DNA from: a virus
Length of the DNA stretch: 64,000 nucleotides
Strand: one strand, 5' to 3'
IMG/VR virus record: IMGVR_UViG_3300020419_000859
Under the pieces are notes generated by a model, which saw only the letters and a list, made by a program, of their open reading frames with translations, was not told the origin of the DNA and made no database searches. This document shows positions 55,706-64,000 of the stretch, piece after piece (the stretch's first letter is position 1; every line of letters begins with the position of its first letter). Made by a program: the position numbers and the translations under genes.

Positions 55706-57628
55706 ATGGCATTTCAAGTATCACCAGGTGTTCTTGTACAGGAAAGAGACTTAACTAGAATCATTCCTGCTGTATCAACTTCAATAGGCGCTTTTGCTGG
55801 AGAATTCCGTAAAGGTCCTTTAGATGAGATTACATCAATCTCTAGTGAACAAGAGTTAGTAAGTGTTTTTGGAAAACCCGATTCAAGTAATTTTGAAGCG
55901 TTTTTTTCAGCTGCAAACTTCTTACAATATTCTAACGCATTAAGAGTAGTACGAGTACAAAATACTGGTTTAGCAAACGCAGCCGTTTCAGGTTCAGCAA
56001 TTGCTATCAAAAATACACAAGACTACCAGGATAATTACAATACTGGTCAAGGTTCTGTCGGAGAATGGGCAGCTAGAACAGCAGGAGTTTGGGGCAACAG
56101 CCTTAAAGTTTCTGCTTGTCACAGCGCAACAGGTTTCCAAGAGGACGCAAAAACAACAGTAAACGATTCTTCTATGGCCGTTGGTCATACGACAGTGACG
56201 TTAACATCAGGAACTGGTTTTGCAGTCGGCGATATCGTTGAGTTTTCAACGAGTTCAGGCGGAACAGATTATGATGGTAGAAAATATAAAATAACAGCTA
56301 TCAACACTAACGACATAAGTTTTGTTAGAGCGGATACACTACAAGGTGGTTTACATCAAGTACCTGCTAACGGTGCAAACGTAAGAAGATTTTGGGAGTT
56401 CCATGAATTTGTTTCAGGAGCACCAGGAACATCTCCTTACGCTGCTACTAAATCAGGTGTAAATGATGAAATGCACGTTGTCGTGATAGACGAAGATGGT
56501 AGTATCACAGGTAAAACAGGAGAAGTAATTGAAGTTTACGATAGAGTATCAAAAGCTTCAGACGCAAAAACACCACAAGGTGATTCAAACTATGTAAGAG
56601 ACGTAATTTACAACAAGTCAAATTACATCTATTGGATGGATCATCATGCTTCAGGATCAAACCATGGTTCAGCAGCTGCAGGAATAACTTTCACAGCAGT
56701 TGATACACCAAAAACTGATTCATTAATAAACGGAGCTAATGGTTCAACAGCAACAGTTGGCGAAATAAAAACTGCTTACGAAAAATTTGCAGACGCAGAA
56801 ACAGTTGATGTTGGTCTAATCATTGGTGGAGCTTGCAACGCTACTCACATTGACGACCTAATAACATTAGCAGAGAACAGAAAAGACGCTATCGCATTCG
56901 TATCTCCAGAGAGAGCAGATGTAGTTAATATAGCTTCTTCAATCACACAAACACAAAACGTTAAAGCATTTATGAGCGGTATTCGTTCTTCATCTTACGT
57001 AGTGTTAGATAGTGGTTACAAATATCAATACGACAGATACAATGACGTATACAGATTTGTACCATTAAATGGTGATATGGCTGGTCTTTCTGCTAGAACA
57101 GATTTAATCGCAGACAGCTGGTTTTCTCCAGCAGGATTAAACAGAGGTGTTATCAGAGGCGCTGTTAAGTTAGCATACAATCCAAGTAAATCACAAAGAG
57201 ACGAATTGTACAAAGCGAGAGTTAACCCAGTGGTTACATTCCCAGGTCAAGGTACAGTATTGTTTGGTGACAAAACTGGATTATCTGCTCCTTCAGCATT
57301 TGATAGAATCAATGTAAGAAGACTGTTTATAGTTTTAGAGAAGGCAATCTCAACTGCTTCTAAATTTCAATTGTTTGAGTTTAACGATGAGTTTACAAGA
57401 GCAAACTTTAGAAACATTGTAGAGCCTTTTTTAAGAGAAGTACAAGGTAGACGAGGGATCACAGACTTTTTAGTAGTTTGTGATGAAACTAACAACACAG
57501 GTGAAGTAATTGATAGAAACGAGTTTATAGCGGAGATTTTCATTAAACCTGCTAGAAGCATTAACTTTATCACTTTACAATTCATCGCAACACGAACAGG
57601 CGTCTCTTTTGAAGAGGTTGCAGGTTAA
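55706..57628 (+). CDS. g18: Tail sheath protein gp18
   Basis: SPGV...E.DLT, WFSPAG.NRG, FDRINVRRLF and KPARSINFI. Confidence 0.97.
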   Translation: MAFQVSPGVLVQERDLTRIIPAVSTSIGAFAGEFRKGPLDEITSISSEQELVSVFGKPDSSNFEAFFSAANFLQYSNALRVVRVQNTGLANAAVSGSAIAIKNTQDYQDNYNTGQGSVGEWAARTAGVWGNSLKVSACHSATGFQEDAKTTVNDSSMAVGHTTVTLTSGTGFAVGDIVEFSTSSGGTDYDGRKYKITAINTNDISFVRADTLQGGLHQVPANGANVRRFWEFHEFVSGAPGTSPYAATKSGVNDEMHVVVIDEDGSITGKTGEVIEVYDRVSKASDAKTPQGDSNYVRDVIYNKSNYIYWMDHHASGSNHGSAAAGITFTAVDTPKTDSLINGANGSTATVGEIKTAYEKFADAETVDVGLIIGGACNATHIDDLITLAENRKDAIAFVSPERADVVNIASSITQTQNVKAFMSGIRSSSYVVLDSGYKYQYDRYNDVYRFVPLNGDMAGLSARTDLIADSWFSPAGLNRGVIRGAVKLAYNPSKSQRDELYKARVNPVVTFPGQGTVLFGDKTGLSAPSAFDRINVRRLFIVLEKAISTASKFQLFEFNDEFTRANFRNIVEPFLREVQGRRGITDFLVVCDETNNTGEVIDRNEFIAEIFIKPARSINFITLQFIATRTGVSFEEVAG

Positions 57629-57645
57629 TAGAGGAGAAATAAAAA

Positions 57646-58173
57646 ATGGCAAACATTAACGATTTCAAAGCTAAACTTGCAGGTGGTGGCGCTAGAGCCA
57701 ATCAGTTTAAGGTAACAATGCCTTTTCCTGGTTACGCACAAGTTGGTGGAGAAATAGAAGACTTAGCATTTTTATGTACAGCTACATCTATACCAAGTAT
57801 GACCGTTGCTAATATCAACGTTCCATTTAGAGGTAGAGCAATTAAAATTGCAGGTGACCGAACAATTCCGTCATGGTCAATTACGGTACTAAACGATACA
57901 AATTTCAAATTAAGAAATGCATTTGAAAGATGGCAGAATGGTATCAATAACATGACTGATAACGAGGGATTAACTAATCCAGTTGATTACCAAGTTGACG
58001 CATTTGTAGATCATCTTGACAGAAATGGTAATAACATTAAATCGTATACTTTGAGAGGTTTATTTCCGACAGAGATCGGTGGTATTGATTTAAGTATGGG
58101 CGAAACGACAGAAATAGAAACTTTTGGCGTGACGTTTGAGTATCAATACTTTGAAACAAACACTACAACGTAA
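57646..58173 (+). CDS. g19: Tail tube protein gp19
   Basis: GGARANQF, FRGR..KIAGDRT and RNAFERW. Confidence 0.95.
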   Translation: MANINDFKAKLAGGGARANQFKVTMPFPGYAQVGGEIEDLAFLCTATSIPSMTVANINVPFRGRAIKIAGDRTIPSWSITVLNDTNFKLRNAFERWQNGINNMTDNEGLTNPVDYQVDAFVDHLDRNGNNIKSYTLRGLFPTEIGGIDLSMGETTEIETFGVTFEYQYFETNTTT

Positions 58174-58184
58174 TACACAAAATT

Positions 58185-58212
58185 AGGAGGCGGCCTCAAA
58201 ACCGCCTTCTTA
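58185..58212 (+). terminator. Putative terminator hairpin after g19
   Basis: AGGAGGCGG-loop-CCGCCTTCT with a short T-tail. Confidence 0.65.
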
Positions 58213-58254
58213 AAACTATTATAAGTAGTAAAAGGAAATAAAAGGAGTTAAATT

Positions 58255-59769
58255 ATGGCAGAGTTTTTTGGATTTAAGATTACAAGAGAAAAACCTAAAT
58301 CCGATCCGAAACAAAGTTTTAGTACACCTCAAGCTGAAGACGGCACACAAGTTGTAGCCGCTGGAGGGTATTTTGCGTCTCATCTTGACATGGAAGGGAA
58401 CGCTAAGACTGAAGCGGACTTAATAAGAAGATATAGAGAAATTTCAATACATCCTGAATGTGATATGGCCATTGAAGATATAATCAATGAGGCTATCGTT
58501 GCCAATGAAAATAGACAGGCTGTAAATTTAAATACAAATAATGTTCCTTACGGTAGGGATATTAAGAGAAGAATAGAAGAAGAATTTTCTGAAGTATTAA
58601 GACTATTACAATTTAATACTAGAGGACATGACATCTTTAGAAGATGGTATGTAGATGGTAGAATATACTATCAAAAAATAATTGATACAGAAACAGGAAA
58701 AAAAGGTATTACAGAATTAAAATATCTTGATCCTCGGAAAATCAAAAAAATCAGAGAAGTAAGAAAGAGAAGACCTGACGGTGTGGCTCCATCGGCTACG
58801 AATTTAGTAGACGAAACTATGGAGTATTTTTTGTATAATGAAAGAGGTGTAGGTGGCGCTAGTTTACAAGGTATTAAAATTGCTGTAGATACTATCGCAT
58901 TTTGTCCATCAGGTTTAATAGATCAGAATAAAAATATAATTTTATCATACTTACATAAAGCAATTAAACCAGTTAATCAATTAAGAATGATTGAAGACGC
59001 TGCTGTTATTTACAGAATAGCAAGAGCACCTGAAAGACGTATATTCAAAATTGATGTTGGTAATTTGCCTAAAATGAAAGCTGAACAATATTTAAGAGAC
59101 GTTATGGCAAGATACAGAAACAAACTTGTATATGACGCAGCTACTGGTGAAATCAGAGACGATAGAAATTATATGTCAATGTTAGAAGACTTTTGGTTAC
59201 CAAGTAGAGAGGGTGGTAGAGGTACAGATATTTCTACTTTACCAGGTGGTCAGAATTTAGGTGAGATTACTGATATAGAATACTTTAGAAGTAAACTATA
59301 CAGATCACTAAACGTACCATCAAGTAGACTTGAAGCTTCTAGTGGATTTAATTTAGGAAGATCAACAGAAATAACTAGAGACGAATTAAAATTTACTAAA
59401 TTTGTTCAAAGATTAAGAAAGAAATTTATTGAATTATTTAATGATATTTTAAGAACTCAACTAGTTTTAAAACAGATTATAGCCGAAGAAGAATGGCCAA
59501 TGATCAGAGATAATATATTCTATGACTTTTTACAAGACGGTCACTTTGCAGAATTAAAGCAAGCTGAAATGTTAAAAGATAGAATACAATTAGCAAATGA
59601 CGTTAGAGACTATGTTGGTAAATATTTCTCTGTTGAATATGTTAGAAAAAATATATTGAAACAGAGCGACGCTGATATAGAGAAAATAGACAAACAAATC
59701 AAAACAGAAATAGATAACGGAATCATATCAAGTCCTGGTAATCAGGTTGTTGATAGTGAGGAGTTATAA
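58255..59769 (+). CDS. g20: Portal protein gp20
   Basis: FRRWYVDGR, YRIARAPERRIF.IDVGN, EDFWLP and ITRDELKF. Confidence 0.97.
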   Translation: MAEFFGFKITREKPKSDPKQSFSTPQAEDGTQVVAAGGYFASHLDMEGNAKTEADLIRRYREISIHPECDMAIEDIINEAIVANENRQAVNLNTNNVPYGRDIKRRIEEEFSEVLRLLQFNTRGHDIFRRWYVDGRIYYQKIIDTETGKKGITELKYLDPRKIKKIREVRKRRPDGVAPSATNLVDETMEYFLYNERGVGGASLQGIKIAVDTIAFCPSGLIDQNKNIILSYLHKAIKPVNQLRMIEDAAVIYRIARAPERRIFKIDVGNLPKMKAEQYLRDVMARYRNKLVYDAATGEIRDDRNYMSMLEDFWLPSREGGRGTDISTLPGGQNLGEITDIEYFRSKLYRSLNVPSSRLEASSGFNLGRSTEITRDELKFTKFVQRLRKKFIELFNDILRTQLVLKQIIAEEEWPMIRDNIFYDFLQDGHFAELKQAEMLKDRIQLANDVRDYVGKYFSVEYVRKNILKQSDADIEKIDKQIKTEIDNGIISSPGNQVVDSEEL

Positions 59770-59789
59770 TAAATTAATGGAGAACAAAA

Positions 59790-60188
59790 ATGAGCAGTGA
59801 AGTAAAAAACTTTATAGACAAATTAGGTGCTGGAAAAAGCGCTGAAGCCGGTGACGCATTTAAAGACGCATTAAGATCAAAAGTAGGTGACGCATTAGAT
59901 CAAAGAAGAAAAGACATGGCGAGTGCTATGTTTAATGGTCAAGCAATGCCTCATAGTGATAACAAACCACAAGTTGCAACACCAGGTCAATTTAATCAAG
60001 ACGGTACAATTACAAATGCCGATGGTACAGATGGTAAATCAGCTGAAGAATTATCAGCAGAAACAAAACCTGAAGTAGCAGAGCCATCAGCTGATACAGC
60101 AAGTACTATTGAAACACAACCTGAAGCACCAGCAGAGGTAGAAACACCAGCAGAAGCACCAGCAGAAGCACCAGCAACGGAACAATAA
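59790..60188 (+). CDS. Prohead core protein (gp67-like) with acidic PAEA-repeat tail
   Basis: Position after g20; acidic low-complexity C-terminus. Confidence 0.55.
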   Translation: MSSEVKNFIDKLGAGKSAEAGDAFKDALRSKVGDALDQRRKDMASAMFNGQAMPHSDNKPQVATPGQFNQDGTITNADGTDGKSAEELSAETKPEVAEPSADTASTIETQPEAPAEVETPAEAPAEAPATEQ

Positions 60189-60189
60189 T

Positions 60190-60453
60190 ATGATAAGAGT
60201 TAGTGACATTGTGGAAAACAATAAACTATTTGACAGTAATGCTTTTAACAGTTTAACACCTGTTATGCAAACAGCAGTAAAAGAAGTCTTTTCAACTATT
60301 GAAAAAGATGAAAGTATTAACGCAGAAAACTTACCTATCAAATTTGAAGAAGCATTAGATAATGTTGCTACTCTTAATCAAATAGAAAAAGAAGCATTAG
60401 AACAATACTTTGATGATGAGATAAGTGAACATTTAGAGAAAATGGGAGAATAA
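60190..60453 (+). CDS. Acidic small protein, possible prohead core component
   Basis: Position between g20 and g21. Confidence 0.55.
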   Translation: MIRVSDIVENNKLFDSNAFNSLTPVMQTAVKEVFSTIEKDESINAENLPIKFEEALDNVATLNQIEKEALEQYFDDEISEHLEKMGE

Positions 60454-60846
60454 ATGGCAGACACGGTAACAACACAAACAATAGCAGATACTTCAGGTAT
60501 CAAGTATGTAGTTAAATTAACAAACGTTTCAGACGGTACTGGTGAAACTACTGTTAAAAAAGTAGACGCTAGCGCTTTAACTTTTATGACCGAAGATGGT
60601 AATAGAAAATTAAGTAAGATATGGTACTCAATAAACACTCACGATAACAAGGCAGCTGTTGAGTTATTATGGGACGGTACTATAAATGCAACTATGGTTT
60701 TATTATCAGGCAACGGTTATTGGGATTTAAGAACGCCAGGAAACGAAATTCCTAACAATTCCACATCGCCTACAGGTGATGTATTACTATCTACTAAAAA
60801 CTTTGCAAGTGGAGATAATTACACAATTATAGCAGAGTTTAGGTAA
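60454..60846 (+). CDS. Conserved hypothetical virion-associated protein
   Basis: SDGTGE....KVDASAL...TGDVLLST pattern; GGGAG RBS. Confidence 0.65.
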   Translation: MADTVTTQTIADTSGIKYVVKLTNVSDGTGETTVKKVDASALTFMTEDGNRKLSKIWYSINTHDNKAAVELLWDGTINATMVLLSGNGYWDLRTPGNEIPNNSTSPTGDVLLSTKNFASGDNYTIIAEFR

Positions 60847-60853
60847 AAACCTT

Positions 60854-60861
60854 TATAAATA
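60854..60861 (+). promoter_or_regulatory. T4-type late promoter
   Basis: TATAAATA upstream of g21. Confidence 0.8.
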
Positions 60862-60888
60862 TACGGTAGAGAAAAACAGAGGGAATTT

Positions 60889-61533
60889 ATGAAATTAATA
60901 TCCGAAGAAGTACAAAACGCCGAGTATCTTGTAGAAGAAACTAACGGTAAAAAGAATTACAAAATTAGAGGAGTCTTCCTACAATCTGAAATCAAAAATA
61001 GAAATGGACGAGTATATGAAAAAGAGATTTTAGAGAAAGAAGTAAGAAGATATAACGCAGAATTTATTAATAAAAAAAGAGCCTTTGGTGAACTTGGACA
61101 TCCAGACAGTCCAACAGTAAATCTAGAGAGAGTAAGTCATATGATTACTTCTTTATATCCAGATGGCACTAATTTTATTGGTGAAGCAAAGATAATGAAT
61201 ACACCTTACGGTAAGATTGTAAAAGGTCTTATTGACGAGGGTGCTCAATTAGGAGTATCATCTAGAGGTATGGGTTCTTTATCTCAAAGAGGTGGTGTTA
61301 ATTATGTAGGTAGAGATTTTTATTTAGCTACAGCCGCTGACATTGTTGCAGATCCAAGCGCTCCAGACGCTTTCGTTGAAGGCATTATGGAAAATAAAGA
61401 ATGGATATGGAACAATGGCGTTCTCGTTGAAAAAGACATAGAGTCTTGGAAACGTGACGTGGAAGCTGCGAAAAGACTTGCTTTAGCAGAAGCTAAGGCT
61501 GATGTCTTTCAAAAGTTTCTTAAAAAACTCTAG
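60889..61533 (+). CDS. g21: Prohead protease gp21
   Basis: KNRNGRVY, GELGHP, GVSSRGMGS and DIVADPSAPDAFV. Confidence 0.97.
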   Translation: MKLISEEVQNAEYLVEETNGKKNYKIRGVFLQSEIKNRNGRVYEKEILEKEVRRYNAEFINKKRAFGELGHPDSPTVNLERVSHMITSLYPDGTNFIGEAKIMNTPYGKIVKGLIDEGAQLGVSSRGMGSLSQRGGVNYVGRDFYLATAADIVADPSAPDAFVEGIMENKEWIWNNGVLVEKDIESWKRDVEAAKRLALAEAKADVFQKFLKKL

Positions 61534-61536
61534 TTT

Positions 61537-61544
61537 TATAAATA
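61537..61544 (+). promoter_or_regulatory. T4-type late promoter
   Basis: TATAAATA upstream of g22. Confidence 0.8.
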
Positions 61545-61597
61545 GTACTACAAGAATTTATAACTAGTTAAATAAAAAAAAATAAGGAGATTTCTCA

Positions 61598-62785
61598 ATG
61601 GCCGAAATAGAAAAAAAGATTGAGGCAGTAAAAGATCAAAAAGAGGTAGCGGAAAACACTGCTAGTCCTAATGCTGATCTTCCGAAGAAAAATGCTGTTG
61701 CAGCTGAACCTACACATCTGAAAAACGATGCTGAGGATTTAGGTGCGGCTGTAGTTAAACCTACAGACAGTAATCCGGACGCTGCTAAATCTACAAAAGA
61801 AGTTTCTGGTCAGGCACCTCAAAAATCAGAAGGTGCTCCTGATCCAATGCCTACTTTGAAAAAAGAAGGTGCAAAAGAAACTGAATCGGAAGATAAAGAA
61901 ACTGTAAAAGAAGGCGAAATGCCGAAAGCTGCTCTTGACGCTTTGAAAAAACATCAAGACAAAAAAGAAGGCTACGGTAAAAAAATGGAAGATTCTAAAG
62001 CAGACGACAAAGAAGTTAAAGCTGAAGAAAAATCTGAAAAAGAGATTGACGTTAAAGAACACGTTGACGCTCTTATCGCTGGACAAACAGACTTATCTGA
62101 AGAATTTAAAAACAAAGCTGCTACTATCTTTGAAACAGCAATCAAATCTAAAGTAAAAGAAATTGCTGAAGACATGGAAGCAGATTACAATAAAAGATTC
62201 GAGGAAGAGACCTCTACAGCAAAAGCTGAGTTAGTTGAAAAAGTTGATTCTTACCTATCATACGTGGTAGAAGAATGGATGAAAGAAAACGAACTTGCTC
62301 TTGAAAGAGGAATCAAAGGCGAAATCGCTGAGGACTTTATCAGTGGTCTTAAAAAATTATTTGAAGATCATTACATAAATGTTCCAGACGAAAAATATAA
62401 TGTACTTGAAGATCAAGCTTCTAAAATAGACGAACTACAGAAAAAGTTAGACGAGTCTATTGAGAAGAATGTTGAACTATCTAAGCAATCAAATAAGTAC
62501 AAAGCTGAAGAAATTAAAATGGAAGCGGCTAAAGACTTAACTGAAACTGCAAAAGAAAAATTTAACAAACTTGCTGAAGAAGTAGATTATTCAACAGAAG
62601 CAGATTACAGACAAAAAATAACTACTATTAAAGAGAGTTATTTCAAATCTAAAGACGTTTCTGGTGACGGTATAGACGAAGTAGCGACTGGCGAAGGAAC
62701 TCAACCTGAGGACCTAAGCAATGCAATGGCTGCTTATAGTGCCGCTATAAGTCAAACTAAAAACATAAAGTTGTCTAACAAATAA
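61598..62785 (+). CDS. g22: Prohead core scaffold gp22
   Basis: LSEEFK.KAATIFE.A, KVDSYL.YVVEEW and LK.LFEDHYI.VP. Confidence 0.93.
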   Translation: MAEIEKKIEAVKDQKEVAENTASPNADLPKKNAVAAEPTHLKNDAEDLGAAVVKPTDSNPDAAKSTKEVSGQAPQKSEGAPDPMPTLKKEGAKETESEDKETVKEGEMPKAALDALKKHQDKKEGYGKKMEDSKADDKEVKAEEKSEKEIDVKEHVDALIAGQTDLSEEFKNKAATIFETAIKSKVKEIAEDMEADYNKRFEEETSTAKAELVEKVDSYLSYVVEEWMKENELALERGIKGEIAEDFISGLKKLFEDHYINVPDEKYNVLEDQASKIDELQKKLDESIEKNVELSKQSNKYKAEEIKMEAAKDLTETAKEKFNKLAEEVDYSTEADYRQKITTIKESYFKSKDVSGDGIDEVATGEGTQPEDLSNAMAAYSAAISQTKNIKLSNK

Positions 62786-62801
62786 TAGGGAGATAAAAAA
62801 C

Positions 62802-64000
62802 ATGTATTTATCAGAACAATACGAAAAAAAATGGCAGCCAGTTTTAGAGCATCCTGATTTACCAAAAATCAGCGACTCTTACAAACGTGCCGTTACCGCT
62901 ACTGTCTTGGAAAACCAAGAAAGAGCAATGAAGGAAGACAGCGCATTTTTAAATGAAGCTGCTCCTACAAACAATACTGCTGGTACTTCAAATTGGGATC
63001 CAATTTTGATTTCACTAGTAAGAAGAGCAATGCCTAACCTTATCGCTTACGATATCGCAGGTGTTCAACCAATGACTGGTCCAACTGGCCTTATTTTCGC
63101 AATGAGATCAAGATACACTTCAGCAACTGGCGGAGAAGCGCTATTTGACGAAGCTGATACTGATTACTCATCTAGAAATGCTGCTGGTGATTCAGTGACT
63201 GCTGACGGAGTGACAGAGCACAGAGGAACTAATCCATCTGTACTTAACGACTCTCCTGCTGGCGAGTACACTAGAGGTCAAGGTATGACTACAGCTGCTG
63301 CTGAGGCATTAGGTGATTCTTCTTCTAACGCATTTGCTGAAATGGCTTTCTCAATTGAGAAAACTACAGTGACTGCAAGAAGCAGAGCTCTTAAAGCAGA
63401 ATACACTATGGAACTTGCTCAAGATTTAAAAGCAATCCACGGTTTAGACGCTGAAACTGAACTAGCAAACATTCTATCTGCTGAAATCTTAGCTGAGATC
63501 AACAGAGAAGTTGTAAGATCAGTTTACATCAATTCAGAAAAAGGCGCTGCTACAAACACAACTACTGCAGGTATCTTTGATTTAGATACTGACTCAAACG
63601 GTAGATGGTCTGTTGAGAGATTCAAAGGTCTTATGTTCCAATTGGAAAGAGACGCAAACAGAATCGCTCAAAGAACGAGAAGAGGTAAAGGGAACATGAT
63701 CATTTGTTCTGCTGACGTTGCTTCTGCTCTTCAAATGGCTGGTGTTTTAGATTACACGCCTGCTTTAAACAACAATCTAAACGTTGATGACACTGGTTCA
63801 ACATTCGCTGGTGTATTAAACGGTAGATTCAAAGTATACATTGATCCATATAGTGCAAACTCAAGCGCTAGCCAATACTACGTTGTTGGTTACAAAGGTA
63901 CTTCACCTTATGACGCTGGTATGTTCTATTGTCCATATGTTCCACTACAAATGGTGAGAGCAGTTGGTCAAGATACTTTCCAACCAAAAATTGGTTTCAA
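62802..64000 (+). CDS. g23: Major capsid protein gp23, 3'-truncated by the window edge
   Basis: Hand translation: MYLSEQYEKKWQPVLEH...DPILISLVRRAMPNLIAYDIAGVQPMTGPTGLIFAMRSRY...SRALKAEYTMELAQDLKAIHGLDAE. Confidence 0.97.
   Translation, partial: MYLSEQYEKKWQPVLEHPDLPKISDSYKRAVTATVLENQERAMKEDSAFLNEAAPTNNTAGTSNWDPILISLVRRAMPNLIAYDIAGVQPMTGPTGLIFAMRSRYTSATGGEALFDEADTDYSSRNAAGDSVTADGVTEHRGTNPSVLNDSPAGEYTRGQGMTTAAAEALGDSSSNAFAEMAFSIEKTTVTARSRALKAEYTMELAQDLKAIHGLDAETELANILSAEILAEINREVVRSVYINSEKGAATNTTTAGIFDLDTDSNGRWSVERFKGLMFQLERDANRIAQRTRRGKGNMIICSADVASALQMAGVLDYTPALNNNLNVDDTGSTFAGVLNGRFKVYIDPYSANSSASQYYVVGYKGTSPYDAGMFYCPYVPLQMVRAVGQDTFQPKIGF

Noticed and set aside
60120-60180. CCAGCAGAAGCA tandem repeats
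   Set aside because: They encode a low-complexity PAEA tail in the prohead core-like protein and are not a separate element.
789-62175. Numerous short antisense ORFs inside long genes (for example 1758-2096, 9497-9829, 34994-35323, 54160-54501)
   Set aside because: They lie opposite well-supported genes and show no recognisable motifs or RBS.
53957-64000. Introns, inteins or homing endonucleases in the terminase, sheath, portal or capsid genes
   Set aside because: The genes are continuous and of normal length, with no intein or HNH/GIY-YIG/LAGLIDADG motifs seen.

Overview
This is a 64-kb piece of an AT-rich (roughly 30% GC by eye) marine T4-like myovirus. Its gene order resembles pelagiphage and cyanomyovirus genomes, and its PstS looks alphaproteobacterial, so the host may be SAR11-like (unproven). 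It holds the virion module: PAAR, gp25, gp6, gp7-like, gp9-like, gp8, a VrlC-like protein, fibres, gp13-gp22 and the start of gp23. Two accessory regions interrupt it. The first (1-4.2 kb) has TagD-like, pstS and small ORFs. The second (18.7-41.4 kb) is an enzyme island with glycosyltransferases, four radical SAM enzymes, a NodU-type carbamoyltransferase, a QueC-like ATPase, DegT, three nitroreductase-fold paralogues, SufT and a 2OG-Fe(II) hydroxylase; collagen-like fibre genes follow it. The standout is an apparently complete phage-borne vitamin B12 module: sigma70 promoter, class-II cobalamin riboswitch, BtuB-like TonB-dependent receptor, and a convergent late-expressed B12-binding radical SAM enzyme. 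Other signals: Pro-poor collagen with Thr/Lys in the Y position next to glycosyltransferases, peptide modules shared among structural proteins, a type-1 copper site at a fibre tip, two small ORFs missed by the track, probable leaderless late mRNAs and apparent avoidance of two DNA motifs. All family calls come from motif recognition; no database searches were run.
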